From positions 139,438,001 through 139,502,000 of the forward strand of contig NC_042998.1 in the NCBI RefSeq assembly GCF_006345805.1: DNA of 64,000 nucleotides. The letters are read 5' to 3'. Below the pieces are notes generated by a model. The model saw only the letters and a program-made list of their open reading frames with translations. It was not told the origin of the DNA and did not search any database. The position numbers and the translations under genes were made by a program. Every line of letters starts with the position of its first letter. The first letter of the stretch is position 1. Source of the stretch: Octopus sinensis (lineage: Eukaryota). This document shows, one piece after another, positions 21,335-46,056 of this stretch.

Positions 21335-23040
21335 ATCATTATCATCATCATCATTTAACATCCATGCTCTATGCTGGCATTGGTTGACAGGATGTGATGG
21401 GTTCAAAGGCTGCATTGTGCTGCAGTGTCTGGTTTGGTATGGCTTCTACTGCTGAATGCCCTTCTTAACACCTACCGCTTTATAGCATGCTCTAAATGCT
21501 TTTTTTGCGTGCCACCAATGCAAGTTAGATTGCCATGCAGTTTGCAAGACTATGTGCTGTTAGGGTGGGAGGGGGCAGCCTTGTGCTAGATGATGGGTTA
21601 AAGTATGAAAGAAAGAGGAAGAATAGGTTTCTTGCTGTAGAGAGGCTACAGAAAAAGGGAGAATAGTCAGGTGGAGCTGGAAAGAGATAAAATGCTAGTA
21701 ATGAGTTGTCAAGGTGGCCTCTCAGAGCACAAGGTGTGTGAGTGGGTAAAGCTTGGGTAGGGTTGAAGGGTAGATATAGTGAATGGTAGATAAGAAGAAA
21801 GAGCTGACAATGATGTATGAGTACGGGGAGATAGGGGGATGCAGAAGAAATCATGGGAGGAGAAAGTGGCAGGGTAGTAATGATGATACAGCTGATCAAT
21901 GGTTCTCAACCAGGGTCCATAGGAATATAGTAGAGAGGGAGGTGGTTTTATGCTAGGTGTTGGGAGGTTAATGTATGATAGAAGGAACAGGCTTCCTGTA
22001 GAAGAGGGGATTCATGGCAATTCCACATCATATAAAGATGGGTGGATGGAGTGGAGCTGGAAAGAGAGATTAAAGATGGTGAAACAAGTTGTCAGGGTGT
22101 ACCCTCAAAGTACAAGAAAGTGAAAAGAATAAGTGAAGAAAATCAGGAAGGGTAGATGTGTAAATGTAAAGGTTGTAAGAGTATTGGAGGGGAGAGTGAA
22201 AAATGGTTAGAGGTAGAGGGTAGGAGTGAATGTAGTGAATAGGAACAAGGGTGGAGCCATGAATGAAGGCATTATGATAAGATTGAGGAATGAACATCAA
22301 TAGAAGTGGTTCATGGGAAAGGAAGTGACAACTGACAGTATAAAGAGTGAAGAGTAGCAGAATAATATAGTAGATAAAGGAGGGATGAGAGGCAAGGAGA
22401 AGACAGGTGGGGTGGCTAGGGAATAAGAGACATACAGTGACAGGGGTGGAGGTGATCAAAGATGCATAGAGTTAAATGTAGTGAACAAAGGTGGGGGATA
22501 GTCAATGGTAGACATAAGACCTTGTTAAGAGTGAGATATGGGTATGGGTATCAATAAGAATTGGCTTAAGGGAGTGAGAAGAATGTCTAGATGGGGGTGG
22601 CATGAACCCATTCAACTCTAAGATGCACAGACCCTTGTAGTGGCAGGCAATAGAAAAAGCAGAGAGGAGACAGCATGTCTATGGGCCAGAGGCTGGTGCA
22701 TGTCTATGAGTTTAATCCAGTGAAGGGGGTAGTCTTTTTGGGGGGATGTGGTTTAGAACATCTGCATTTGCAACAGCAGCAGTAGCATCTCAGATGTGAG
22801 AACAATACTCTATTGTAGGCCTCACCTAAGTTTTGTAGTGTCACTGATTGTTAGGAGAAGATGAAATATCTTCTAGCTCTAGAAGGAAGGGTTAGTCAGT
22901 GAGATGTAGTCCTAACTATGTTAAGAATGTGCTTTCAGCCAGAAAGTTCTTCAGAGATTGTGAGATCCAATATTTGGAGTGATTGTGAAGCCTCTGGTTG
23001 GAAGTTTTCAAGATTAAGAAGAGTGTGATGCAATGTTTTC
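21335..23040 (-). mobile_element. CR1/L2-group LINE 3' remnant: ORF2 end, CT-rich UTR and shared (ATG)n tail
   Basis: Minus-strand translation of 23040-22555 gives LQILDLTIS..RARRYF..VRPTIEYCSHI*DA..HQPLAHRHAVSSL, typical of CR1/L2-group ORF2 C-termini. Confidence 0.6.
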
Positions 23041-24380
23041 TTGTTTTATATATGCAAAGAAGAGAAGCATGTTAAAATCAATTAAAGCTGTAATCATTTG
23101 TTAGTTTTTCCAAGTACAGTTTGAATTTTTTAAAATCCAATACAATAATATATCATCATCATCATTTAACATCTGTTTTCTATGCTGACATGGATAGACT
23201 GGTTTGACAAGATCTGACAAGGTGGAGGGCTGTGTCAAGCTTCAATATCTGCTTTGAGTAGTTTCTATGCTGGATGCCCTTCCTAATGCCAACCACTTTA
23301 TAGCATATACTGAGTGCTTTTTTTCATGGTTTCAGCTATAGTGAGGTTACCGAGTAACTCACTAGATAAAACCCCTCAACTGAGTGAGGGTATAGTATTG
23401 AAGGAGGTGGCTTTATGGCAGGTGTCGAGAGGTTAACATATGATAAAGTGACAGGAACAGGTGTCTTGTTGTAGAGGAAATACATGGCTCACCAAGCAAG
23501 AAAGAAAGAATGGTAGAGATGAGGTGTCAGGGTGTACCCACAAAGAACAAAATGGTGGATAAAGAGAGAACAAAATGTGTATGTGTGTGTATACATATGT
23601 GTAACCTATGACTTTATGTGCAAAGTTGTTTAAGCAAATATGAAAAAGGCCACTTTATATGTACAACTGTTCAAAGTTTACTTCTAAGATAGGCTGGAGG
23701 TGGGGTATGAAACACTTCAGATACTTTCAGTCTTTATTTGATATTCAGGTGTCTCTCAATTTACTCTAGAATTTTTGTTAGAAGTTACATAAAGTAAAAC
23801 TTATTGTATTTGTAAAATGGTTTCTACTTCTATTAGCGTAGAAGAAATCATTTGTATATGGCAAAAATTTTGTCTTTGTTGTATTTTCTTATGAGCAGTT
23901 TTGAATTTTTTTTATAATTCTCCTATTTCCTAATACTAATGAAAACATTTTGCTTAAGGACTATAAATTATTTCACTTTTTGCTTTGTATTCAATTCCAC
24001 CAAAATTTGAGTTTGGAAGTATATCAACAAAATATTATTGTTATAGATCTGTGAAAAGAAAAAAAAAATTAAAATCATCTCTTTATTTTGAAAGCTTGTT
24101 CCGAAAGAGAACCTACTATCTATTCTAAACCAAACTTATTTATTTTTAAAGAATATTTTCAAAAGCCATATGAAACTTATTGATTGAGAAATCTTTGACA
24201 CAAACTTTTACAAATATCAAGATTGCAAACAGAGAGCTTCGTAATAATTTTCGTATAAACAAAATTTCTTAATCATGTATTTTATATGATGACTATTTTT
24301 AAATAATTAAAACAGCACATTTTAAGAGTGTATGAAGTCAACTTAGATAAATATCAGATGAAATATCTGAATGACTTATT

Positions 24381-24392
24381 CAAGATGGCGGC
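24381..24392 (+). promoter_or_regulatory. YY1 consensus motif in the STAMBP promoter region
   Basis: Exact CAAGATGGCGGC, at the start of the CpG-retaining zone upstream of exon 1. Confidence 0.5.
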
Positions 24393-24779
24393 TATAAATG
24401 AAACTCGTTTGCTAATTCAATCAAACGGAAACGTAGATTTGATAACAAGTGTTTAAAGTAAAATCAGGCTCCCCCATATTTATAGTTTTTCGTAAGAAAA
24501 TTTTTTTAATATATTTCTTAGTGTATTGTAAAATTTAAAATTTGAAATAAAAATTTTACGAAATGATGTAAGGTAATGAACTTTACACGAAGATTGTAAG
24601 TTTATGACAACTGTAATATTTATGCGTATTTATGTTTATATTTATATTTAATATGACGATGGAAAAAGGAGAAAACACCCATGAAATAAATTTACATCTC
24701 GATTGATTATTTTATTTTATGTCATTTCCTAAATAAAACTTTCCATGTTCAGAACCAAGTTTTTGAATTCAACCAACGA

Positions 24780-24943
24780 TTCTTTCTCCATGATTCGTCC
24801 GGGAACCTTCTAATTACTCGGCGACCAACAGACTAAGGAACGAGTCGACCGTTCTTGGAATTAGTCTATTAGAATTGGAATATTGTTTTGAAAGAAAAAA
24901 ATATATTGTGGGGAACAAGTTGTCAACATTAAACCGAAGCGAT
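24780..24943 (+). other. STAMBP: Probable non-coding exon 1 of STAMBP
   Basis: Strong donor GAT|GTAAGT at 24943/24944 in a CpG-rich patch. Exon 2 has an acceptor 12 nt before its ATG, which requires an upstream exon. The 5' boundary is approximate. Confidence 0.6.
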
Positions 24944-27667
24944 GTAAGTGTTTAGGAACATTATTTATACATTTTATATTTCGATAAATGTTTACTGTAA
25001 AATTCTTAACAATTTCCAAACTTTAAATATATTACATATCTAAGGAAAAAAAAATAACAAAACAAAAAAACTACAGCCCTCCTCGTTAACTAGAATGACA
25101 GAAATCTCCATATCCAATGTTGCAAACAGGTTCCAAGTTCTGGAAAAATACATTGTAACATAAAAAAGAAGCCAATTATTTTCTTAGAAAGTTTGAATTT
25201 TATAAACACTTGGGATATTTTGGCGCAAACTTATTATTTTGTTATATTTGTTTTTACTCAATAAAATTGCCACTTTTATTTATTTCTTTAGTCCTTTTTT
25301 TAAAAGAAAAGATAAGTTTTATGTTCTGTCATCACTCTGATAGTGATATATTTTATTTAGGAAAAAAAAAAAGGAGAAAAGCAAAAATAATTTTTCCCTT
25401 GATGTCCAATATTTTATTTAGACCGTGTAATTTGGAAAAGTTTTCATTCAAAGTCTTGGATAATTGGGTCTCAGATACACATTCATGAGTTAACAGTCTT
25501 TACTTTTGACTGGTTAAGGCAAAACTAGAATTAATTATATAGTTGTTTATCTAGTTTATTGTCAGTATTTTTGATATCTATTCTGGACGAATGACAACCA
25601 AGTAAACTCTTGTGTTAGAATAGAACAGATAGAAATGGAATTTGATATTGTGTCAACTATTCAGGGCCCCGTCAATGTTTATATGTTACATCCTAAATCG
25701 CAATTCTAAAGAGTCAACAACGTTGGTAGAATATTTACATATATCGAGGTGGAATCACTAGATTAATGAAGTATAAGAAAGAACAAATATCCCAAGATCA
25801 TATTTCTACAAAACTTTATCCAGTTGTTCACAGAAGCCAAGTGACTGGTAAGATTTATTTAATGACTAAATTGTTCGATATACTTTGAATGGGTAAATAT
25901 CTGCCACACCCACTTTATATTGTTTTTTTTTCTACTGGAAACTTCTTACGACAGTTACAATTGTAAATCTTATGAATATCTTATGCTAACTAGATTCCTC
26001 TGATAAATTTAGAGATTGGGGTATTATATATACCTCAGTAGTTTTACATTGTATTTAATATCCAAACCTGTACTTATTCCAGTTTTGCTTTTCCGTTTGA
26101 ATCATTATATCGTGTGACTTCAGATATGAATCATTGAGAGGACTCGTATGAATGAATAAATATGATTAACTTTGGGGGAATTACGTGTCATTGTTTCCGC
26201 TTATAAGTAAGAATAGATAATCACATACTTTAACGTAGTTGTTACTTTCCTGTTGGGACAGTTATATCGTTCATAACCAATTGTTTGAAAGCGAGAATAG
26301 GAATTATTCATTACAGAATGGTTACGGTATGTTTACGTCTTGTAATTATTTATTTTCCTAGAAAAGGCCATAGCGTAGCAGAAGTGTGAATAAATCAAAG
26401 ATGTGCAGTTGAAACCGTAACTGCGTTTTTAAGATTAATACTGATAACATGAACTTTTGAATGAATGATGTTTACATTTAAAATACATATACAGCTGTAA
26501 AAATAAATATTCTGAAAGCAAGATTTCACGAAATTTTTATTATAAATATTCTTAAATCAATATTTTTCATTATCACGAATTAGCCTTAGCTTTTCTAGTC
26601 TTATAGTAATGTTTGTATGTATGTAAATTTTGGCGTGATACTTATTTTATATCGTGAAAGTTATTTTACCCATTTTATAATGGTTAGATACATTTCCATC
26701 TAGTTCTTAATAGTATTGTATATAATGAAGTATTAAATTTCATCGCTTTTCTGTAACTTGATAACCAACACATTTATACTCGTACAGTTTTCCAATATTT
26801 TTTTTGATTTTCATTTCCGGTCAAGATGTAAACAACATAATTTTCTTCGTTAATTGTACCTTTTTGCACACCACTGGGTATGCAAAATTTTATGCCATTT
26901 TAAACCCGTCAGACTTATACTGTGATTTAATGTCGAACCTGAAATGTCATTACTGTATCCATTGGGGACAAAAGTTGTTTTAATAATGTCTTCCTTACAA
27001 CTTAGAAATAAATAACCCAAACTGACCATTATTGCGAATTATTTAAAAACATTTTGTCTACGTGAATATTGTCACCTCCAATTATTTAATGCTCTGATTC
27101 TTTTTTTATTTCCCCCTTCCACATTTTTAGTAACCTCTTTGTTCACATTGCTCTACAAACTTCTAATTGCTCCGCACCGTGTCTGTAACGGCATTTCAAT
27201 TTCTTCCCTTTTTTTTTGTATCAACAGCCCAAACGAAAACACCACTTTCTCTCTTTAACCCTGTCACAGACGCTGGACGTTAGAAGCCACGAACGTTAGA
27301 TTGTATATTCTTCACAGTACTTCAACTTATTGAATTATCCTATAAATACCACCGAACTTATTGTGTTATCTATAGATTGCTGACGCAGACCATGACTATT
27401 AACCTCGAATTTCAAGTTTCACCCTATGGAAGAAGATTGTAAATAAACTTCCAAGGGAAATAACTCTATATTGTTTCGTATCATGCCATCGCTGATCAAG
27501 TAAACTTATGAACAAAAACCTATTAACTGCGACTAACTCGTACTCTCTCTTCTCCATAAACAGTATATTTAGGATCACATTATCCAGTGTGCCATCTGTT
27601 TGTAAGACCCTCAAGTATGATGGAGATTTAACTTATATTCCTCCCAGAACGCACGATCATATATAAA

Positions 27668-27731
27668 GCAGTGTTTCTCAACCATTTTTTGCTTATGGAC
27701 CCTTTTGATTCCTATTGGACCTTCATACCAA

Positions 27732-27788
<57 letters not shown>

Positions 27789-27794
27789 CTCTCT

Positions 27795-27832
<38 letters not shown>

Positions 27833-27900
27833 ATCCTATGGTATTATAATTACATATTATTAGGGATTGTATAAAAAATTAAAATATTTTGTATATATAG
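27668..27900. mobile_element. hAT-type MITE fragment
   Basis: Begins CAGTGTTTCTCAACC. Related pieces at ~1610-1840, ~4813 and ~21898. Confidence 0.5.
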
Positions 27901-28212
27901 GCGCAGGAGTGGCTGTGTGGGAAGTAGCTTGCTAACCAACTACCTGGTTCCGGGTTCAGTCCCACTGCGTGGCATCTTGGGCAAGTGTCTTCTGCTATAG
28001 CCCCGGGCCGACCAATGCCTTGTGAGTGGATTTGGTAGACGGAAACTGAAAGAAGCCTGTCATATATATGTGTATATATATGTATGTGTGTGTGTCTGTG
28101 TTTGTCCCCCTAGCATTGCTTGACAACCGATGCTGGTGTGTTTAGGTCCCCGTCACTTAGTGGTTCGGCAAAAGAGACCGATAGAATAAGTACTGGGCTT
28201 ACAAAGAATAAT
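27900..28212 (+). mobile_element. Near-intact tRNA-derived SINE with an internal TA/TG microsatellite spacer
   Basis: A-box TGGCTGTGTGG (27910-27920), B-box GGTTCAGTCCC (27953-27963), CTTGGGCAAGTG core, ~40-bp microsatellite, then TTGCTTGACAACC..GATAGAATAAGTAC. Confidence 0.88.
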
Positions 28213-28214
28213 TA

Positions 28215-28405
28215 GAGTACAGCACTTCTTTATGCAGATGTTCCCTTCCATACGTTTCACATGACCAAATCAGTGCAGTCTTCTCTCTTTCACACAACAT
28301 CTGATGACTCCAATACCCAGTTTTCCTCTTAGATCATTTACACTCCGTCATGCATGCACACTGACATTACCCATCCAGTAGAGCATGCTAGCTTCAATTA
28401 ATTTA
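28215..28405 (-). pseudogene. RTE ORF C-terminal fragment
   Basis: EASMLYWMGNVSVHA..ERRLH*FGHV is homologous to 10930-11120. Confidence 0.7.
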
Positions 28406-28832
28406 TTGCACATGAATTTCAACAACAAAATCATATATGGACCGAGGTTGAGAGCCACTAATATAGAGGCTCTCTTCCATTGGGTTTGAATGGTTTGGTG
28501 CAGTGCTAGACCCAGTGTCCTAGATATGCTGCAGCCTCTAAATATAGACCACACTGCATTGTAAAATACAGTGATTTATTGTATAGGATATACTGCAGCA
28601 GTGTTGGCATATTTCATTTTCTCACTGCCCTGTTGGTTTTGATTGAATGGGGATGGTGAGTTTGGTGAAAGTGAGATGTTTTCCATTGTACTTTGATGTT
28701 GTGCATCCCTGTTTGGTATTGGTAAAGAGGGCTGAAAAAGGGGAACCATACTGCGTCATGAGTTGAAAGTAAAGGCAAACATTGGTCATTAGAAGGTTTG
28801 GCCTCACTGAAACTAATACAAATATGTAAAAC

Positions 28833-28877
<45 letters not shown>

Positions 28878-31217
28878 TCAAGTCATTTTAATAATGTATG
28901 GGAAGACTTAGCTTTTATGTATCTGTGACATATAGATCTGTATTTCTCTACCCTATTTATATCAAAGAATCTTATCAAATTATACAGTTAAAAGGTGTAA
29001 GCTTAAATTATCAGTCTCAACTATAACACCAGATAAGTGTCTTGTGAAAAGACTTGATGTATAATTGGTATTTATTTTTTATATATTCTCACATTTCATT
29101 AAAACTGCGTCACTAAATTGAAAAGTAATTTTGAGAAGATATGAAGTGGAAATGTGTTAAATTTGAGTTGTTTAAATGAGAATATACTGGTTTCATTCTG
29201 CACTTATTTTATATTGACAGTTTACCATGTTTCTGTTGAAATACACAGTCTTTGTTTGAATTAGTTTAGGAAATAACATAGAATTCATTAAAATACTTTG
29301 CTGTTATTATACAGCTGTTTGGAACATAAATCAGCATGAAATTCTGATGGAAGATTTTAATTTGAATTCTTTTAAACCGGTGTTTGTATCAGAATTAAGG
29401 GCAGTCTTGGGGAAGTTGGTATAAAAAAGCTAAAATTTATCTAAATTTGTCTAATTAAGCTTTGTTATTGATTCTGATATTAGGTTAGCATTTTTATTAA
29501 AATTGAAATTATTGATCAGATTTCTTTTTTTAATCTGTTCAGAGTGTTGCAAATTTTGAGTAAGTTTATTAATTACAGATTTTCATTAAATATTTTATTT
29601 AAAGAGCCATATATAATTGTCAAGTTAAATTGTAGTAAGACAGGAACTGTCATGAGTTCCTGTCTTACTACAGTCATCAAGAATGAATACTGTATTCATG
29701 ACATGACAGTGATAATAGTATGCACTTGTGGATTTAATTTAAAGGTCTTGAATAAATCTGTGAGTATACCTATTTGATGACAACTACAGAAGCAGCTCTA
29801 CATTTTTAATGATCAATCGGTGTTTAGTGCCAGGTTATATTAAGAGGCATACCTAGTCACTAGATGTCATATTTGTAGCAGCACAGACAACAGACCGACT
29901 ATGCAGTACTATAGTGCTGCAGTGATAGGCAGGCTTTTACTAACATCTCAGCTATACTGACTTTATCAAACAACCAAGTTATTGGCTTTTACTAGTAGCT
30001 TAGATAGTGATAGGAGCAGCAGCAGCTTGATAGTGACACCACTTCAGTTATTACTATATAGTGAACTATTGCAGCAACTAGCTCTATGGTGACATGACTA
30101 CAATTCCAGTTATGCATTGGAACAACTAAAGCAATGAATGGTCTTTTATAGCTGCAGTTTTCACATAGAAAACTTTCTGCAGTAAATGTTAGTAACTTAC
30201 TTCCCAGTTTAGCTCTCATAAAAAAGCATATAATATCAAGAATAAAATAATGCATGCATGCACATATACAAATTTACTTACATGAAAGCATATAATATTC
30301 AGAGTCACTTGTATGAGCATATATATCATACAGACTTATTTGTATAAATGCACATATTTCAGATACACTTGTATGAGTATAGACTCACTTGTCTAAATGT
30401 CCACATCATATGGGCTCCTTTGTGTGGATGCACATCAAACAAATTCAGTTTCATGAATGCACTCACTGTACAACTTCAATAAAAACCTTTCTGTCAATCC
30501 AATGCTAGCATAGAAAATGGATGTAAAACAGCAAAGTTAAGATTCACAATACATTTTCCTTACTTCTATTATTCTCTTACTGCATAGCTTGGCATAAAAT
30601 ATTGAAGTGTTATTGTTGGATTTTGTATTATATATTCACCAACCACTTCACTTAGAGGAAGAGTGAAAGTTGACTGAATTAAATAAAAGTGAACTCAAAC
30701 CAAATGGTTTGAAATCGTAATCTTTAGTCCATAACAACTCAGCTATTTTATCCATTTTTAATATGTATTATATAGGACTGCTATATATATTGAAAACCAG
30801 AAACCACCACCTTTGTTAAATCTTAACAGGAGAAGTTATAACTTCTACATTTCATAAAATAGCCTATTACTGAAATGTTTTAATATAGAAAAGATTATAA
30901 GAGCTACATGAGGTTGTGAAATGTTATGATAAAAGTAGAAATTAGAGTTATGCGATTAATATTGTTTTAATAAATAAGTTATTCAGGTTTTTATGTTATT
31001 ATGCTTAGTGACATTTCTTCTGGTTCTTTACTTTCTGAAGTCAAATCCAGCTTATGTCATTTGTGTCTTTCATCCTTTTTGGGGTTAAAAAATTAAGTAT
31101 CAGTCAATCACTGAGGTTGATATAATCAACTTTCCTCCACCCACGTAAATTGTTTGAAACTATTATTATTATTGCTTATACATGTTTTTCTTTTCTGTTT
31201 ACTAGCTCACATATTAC

Positions 31218-31414
31218 ATGATGTTTGAAAACATCCATGATCCGCATGCTCGTACACGAGCTCTTTGTGAGTTTGGATCTCAAGTTACAATTGATAAATC
31301 AGTTGCACCAAAGCAGTATTTCCGATCTGGTTTGGAAATGTTACGAATGGCTGCTGTTTATCACGAAGAAGGGAATTTAGAACCAGCCTTTATACTTTAT
31401 TCAAAGTTTATAAC
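31218..31414 (+). CDS. STAMBP: STAMBP/AMSH coding exon 1 (exon 2; MIT/USP8-dimer domain N-terminus)
   Basis: [65 protein letters not shown] aligns to human RVRAL..RRYFRSGVEIIRMA..EEGNIEHAFILYNKYIT. Acceptor actag| at 31205, donor AC|gtaagt (phase 2). Confidence 0.96.
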
Positions 31415-31547
31415 GTAAGTTTACATATTTCTAAAGATTCTCTTTGTCTGCTTCTATTATTTTTGAAATATTTGTCAAATTTTAACATTTCGCTTTCAAA
31501 ATAATTTTTTTCTTTTCATTTTTCTTTTAAAACTTTTTCTTATTTAA

Positions 31548-31626
31548 CCTTGGGCAAGTGTCTTCTATAGCCTTGGGCTGACCAAAGCTTTGTGAGTGGA
31601 TTTAGTAGACGGAAACTGAAAGAAGC
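31548..31626 (+). mobile_element. Left half of the tRNA-SINE split by the giant TA array
   Basis: CCTTGGGCAAGTGTCTTC..GACGGAAACTGAAAGAAGC matches 27976-28056. Confidence 0.85.
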
Positions 31627-31636
31627 ATGTTGTGTG

Positions 31637-44038
<12,402 letters not shown>

Positions 44039-44052
44039 TATGCGCACCATTT

Positions 44053-44259
44053 ATGTGTGTATCTGTCTTTATCATCCCACCATCGCTTGACAACCAACAT
44101 TTACGTCCCGTAACTTAGTGGTCCGCCAGAAGAAACTGATAGAATAAGTATTAGGTTTACAAAGAATAAGTCCTGGAGTGATTTCTTTGACTAAAATCCT
44201 TTAAGGCAGTGCTCCAGCATGGCTGCAGTCAAATGACTGAAACAAGTAAAAGAATAAAA
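44053..44259 (+). mobile_element. Right half of the tRNA-SINE split by the giant TA array
   Basis: CATCGCTTGACAACC..GTAACTTAGTGG..GATAGAATAAGTA..TTACAAAGAATAA matches 28113-28210. Confidence 0.85.
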
Positions 44260-45327
44260 CCTCTGGGATGTGCTATTGCTGCATACAGACGTCCTAGATC
44301 TCATCCAGAAAGGAGCATTACATTCATCACCATTATTGTTACATCTGCTTTTCCATGTTTGCATGTGTTTGATAAGTTCTTTCCAATGCAGTGTCTTGCC
44401 ATTTGTTTGCATTCTTTTGTTATCTGCTTTGTGAGGTTTAGTATCCCAAGCTCAGATTTTACCACTTTTTCCTATGTTTCCCTTGGTCTTCCTGTTCTGC
44501 AGTTTTCTTCCATTTGGATCTCCTGGCACTTTTTCCCCCTTGTCCTTCATATGTATCATATGTCCATATTAGTGCCCATGTAATGTGTGTGGAAAAGATC
44601 AGATTTTTCTAACAATTGGGTAAATGTCTACTACAGTTCTGGGCTCACCGAAGCCCTGTAAGTTTGTTTGATAGATAGAAACTGAAAAGAATCCTAGTGT
44701 GTGTTTTTGTCCTTGCCTTGACATTGCGTAATAGATATGAATGAGTGTCACTGTCATTCATTTCCTATAGTGTTCAAAAATATTTCTGGCCATCGAGGGA
44801 AATATTATCCTGCTTGGAAACAATTGAGGGTTAGTGACAAGCAGGGTGCCTGGCTCTTGAAAATCAATAAACTCTGTCTGAGCCATGTGAACATGAAAAG
44901 TAGACATTAAAATGATGATGAATACATTTTTAACAAGGGCAAAATCAATTAAACCATCTCCAGTATTTGAGTGATGCATTTATATATTATTTTCAACTTT
45001 ACTTTTCACTAGGAATGATGAAAGGTAAAATTTGAATTGAGAACATAAAGAGTTGTGAACTAACTACAAGTCACTTTTGCCTTTCACTGTGTCAATTCCA
45101 CCATTAATTTTAATATGAATTGCTATTTAAAAAATTACTTGAAGTAAGATAAATTTTAACCAAGAACTTGTTGGGTAAAGTCTTCTGAGACTGACTCCAA
45201 ACAGATGAGCAGATAAGATAATCTTAGAATAACTGACATTCTCCTTCGTTTTTTCAGCATTTTCTCTTAACAATTATAAGTTAATATTGCCACAGTATTT
45301 TAATTTGTTTTCTACTTTTAACTTCAG

Positions 45328-45403
45328 GTTATTTGTGGAGAAGCTGCCAGCACATCCTTTATATAAAAGTTCAGAAGCTGCTGTTGTTGCTGATAATAAA
45401 AAG
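45328..45403 (+). CDS. STAMBP: STAMBP coding exon 2 (76 nt)
   Basis: ttcag|G TTA TTT GTG GAG AAG CTG CCA gives (T)LFVEKLPAHPLYKSSEAAVVADNKK|gtatgt. Same length as the human exon (c.204-279). Confidence 0.96.
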
Positions 45404-45842
45404 GTATGTAGATAAAAAATCTTACATTTTCTTTTTCTCACTACATTGAGGACTACCACTAGAAAATGGAGGAGCTCCAGTGGTTGCTTGAGTTGCTAGA
45501 AATAGCAACCAATCACACGTTTTACATATCAGAAAATATATTCTTAGGTATATAAGAAGGTGACAGGGTCATAAGTTTGTTCAGTCAAGGCTAACTTAGG
45601 AAAAGTTACTTTCTTCCCTATGGTGTTTTTCAAATCTTAATCTCTAAATCTGCAAGCTATAATTAATCTGTACAAATCTTGTTTTTTTGTTTCTGATCTA
45701 AGTATGATCCCATAGGCTTAGAATGAAGGCACTTACATCATCTACATTCTAGTATTTTTATTAAAACTAGAATATAGATGTTGCAGATACTTTCATATAT
45801 ATATATATATACACACATACACACACACACACACATATAAAT

Positions 45843-45876
<34 letters not shown>

Positions 45877-46056
45877 GCACATGTATACACACACACGCAC
45901 ATATATACACACGCACGCACACATATATACACACACATATATATACACACGCACATGCACACACATATACACACACGCACACATATATACACACACATAT
46001 ATACACATATATACATATATATACACATATAGATACATACATATATATATATATAT

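Noticed and set aside
24385-24456. ATG ORF MAAINETRLL.. as a first coding exon
   Set aside because: It stops after 23 codons and has no good donor. The ATG is part of the YY1 motif.
26361-26416. Possible extra 5' UTR cassette exon (cctag|..ACC|gtaact)
   Set aside because: The donor is weak, and such signals are common in AT-rich introns. It cannot be supported without transcripts.
27900-27970. tRNA gene
   Set aside because: A and B boxes are present, but there is no complete cloverleaf and it continues into SINE body sequence repeated many times in the window.
29902-29921. 20-nt near-perfect palindrome
   Set aside because: It is short enough to arise by chance in 64 kb and has no supporting context.
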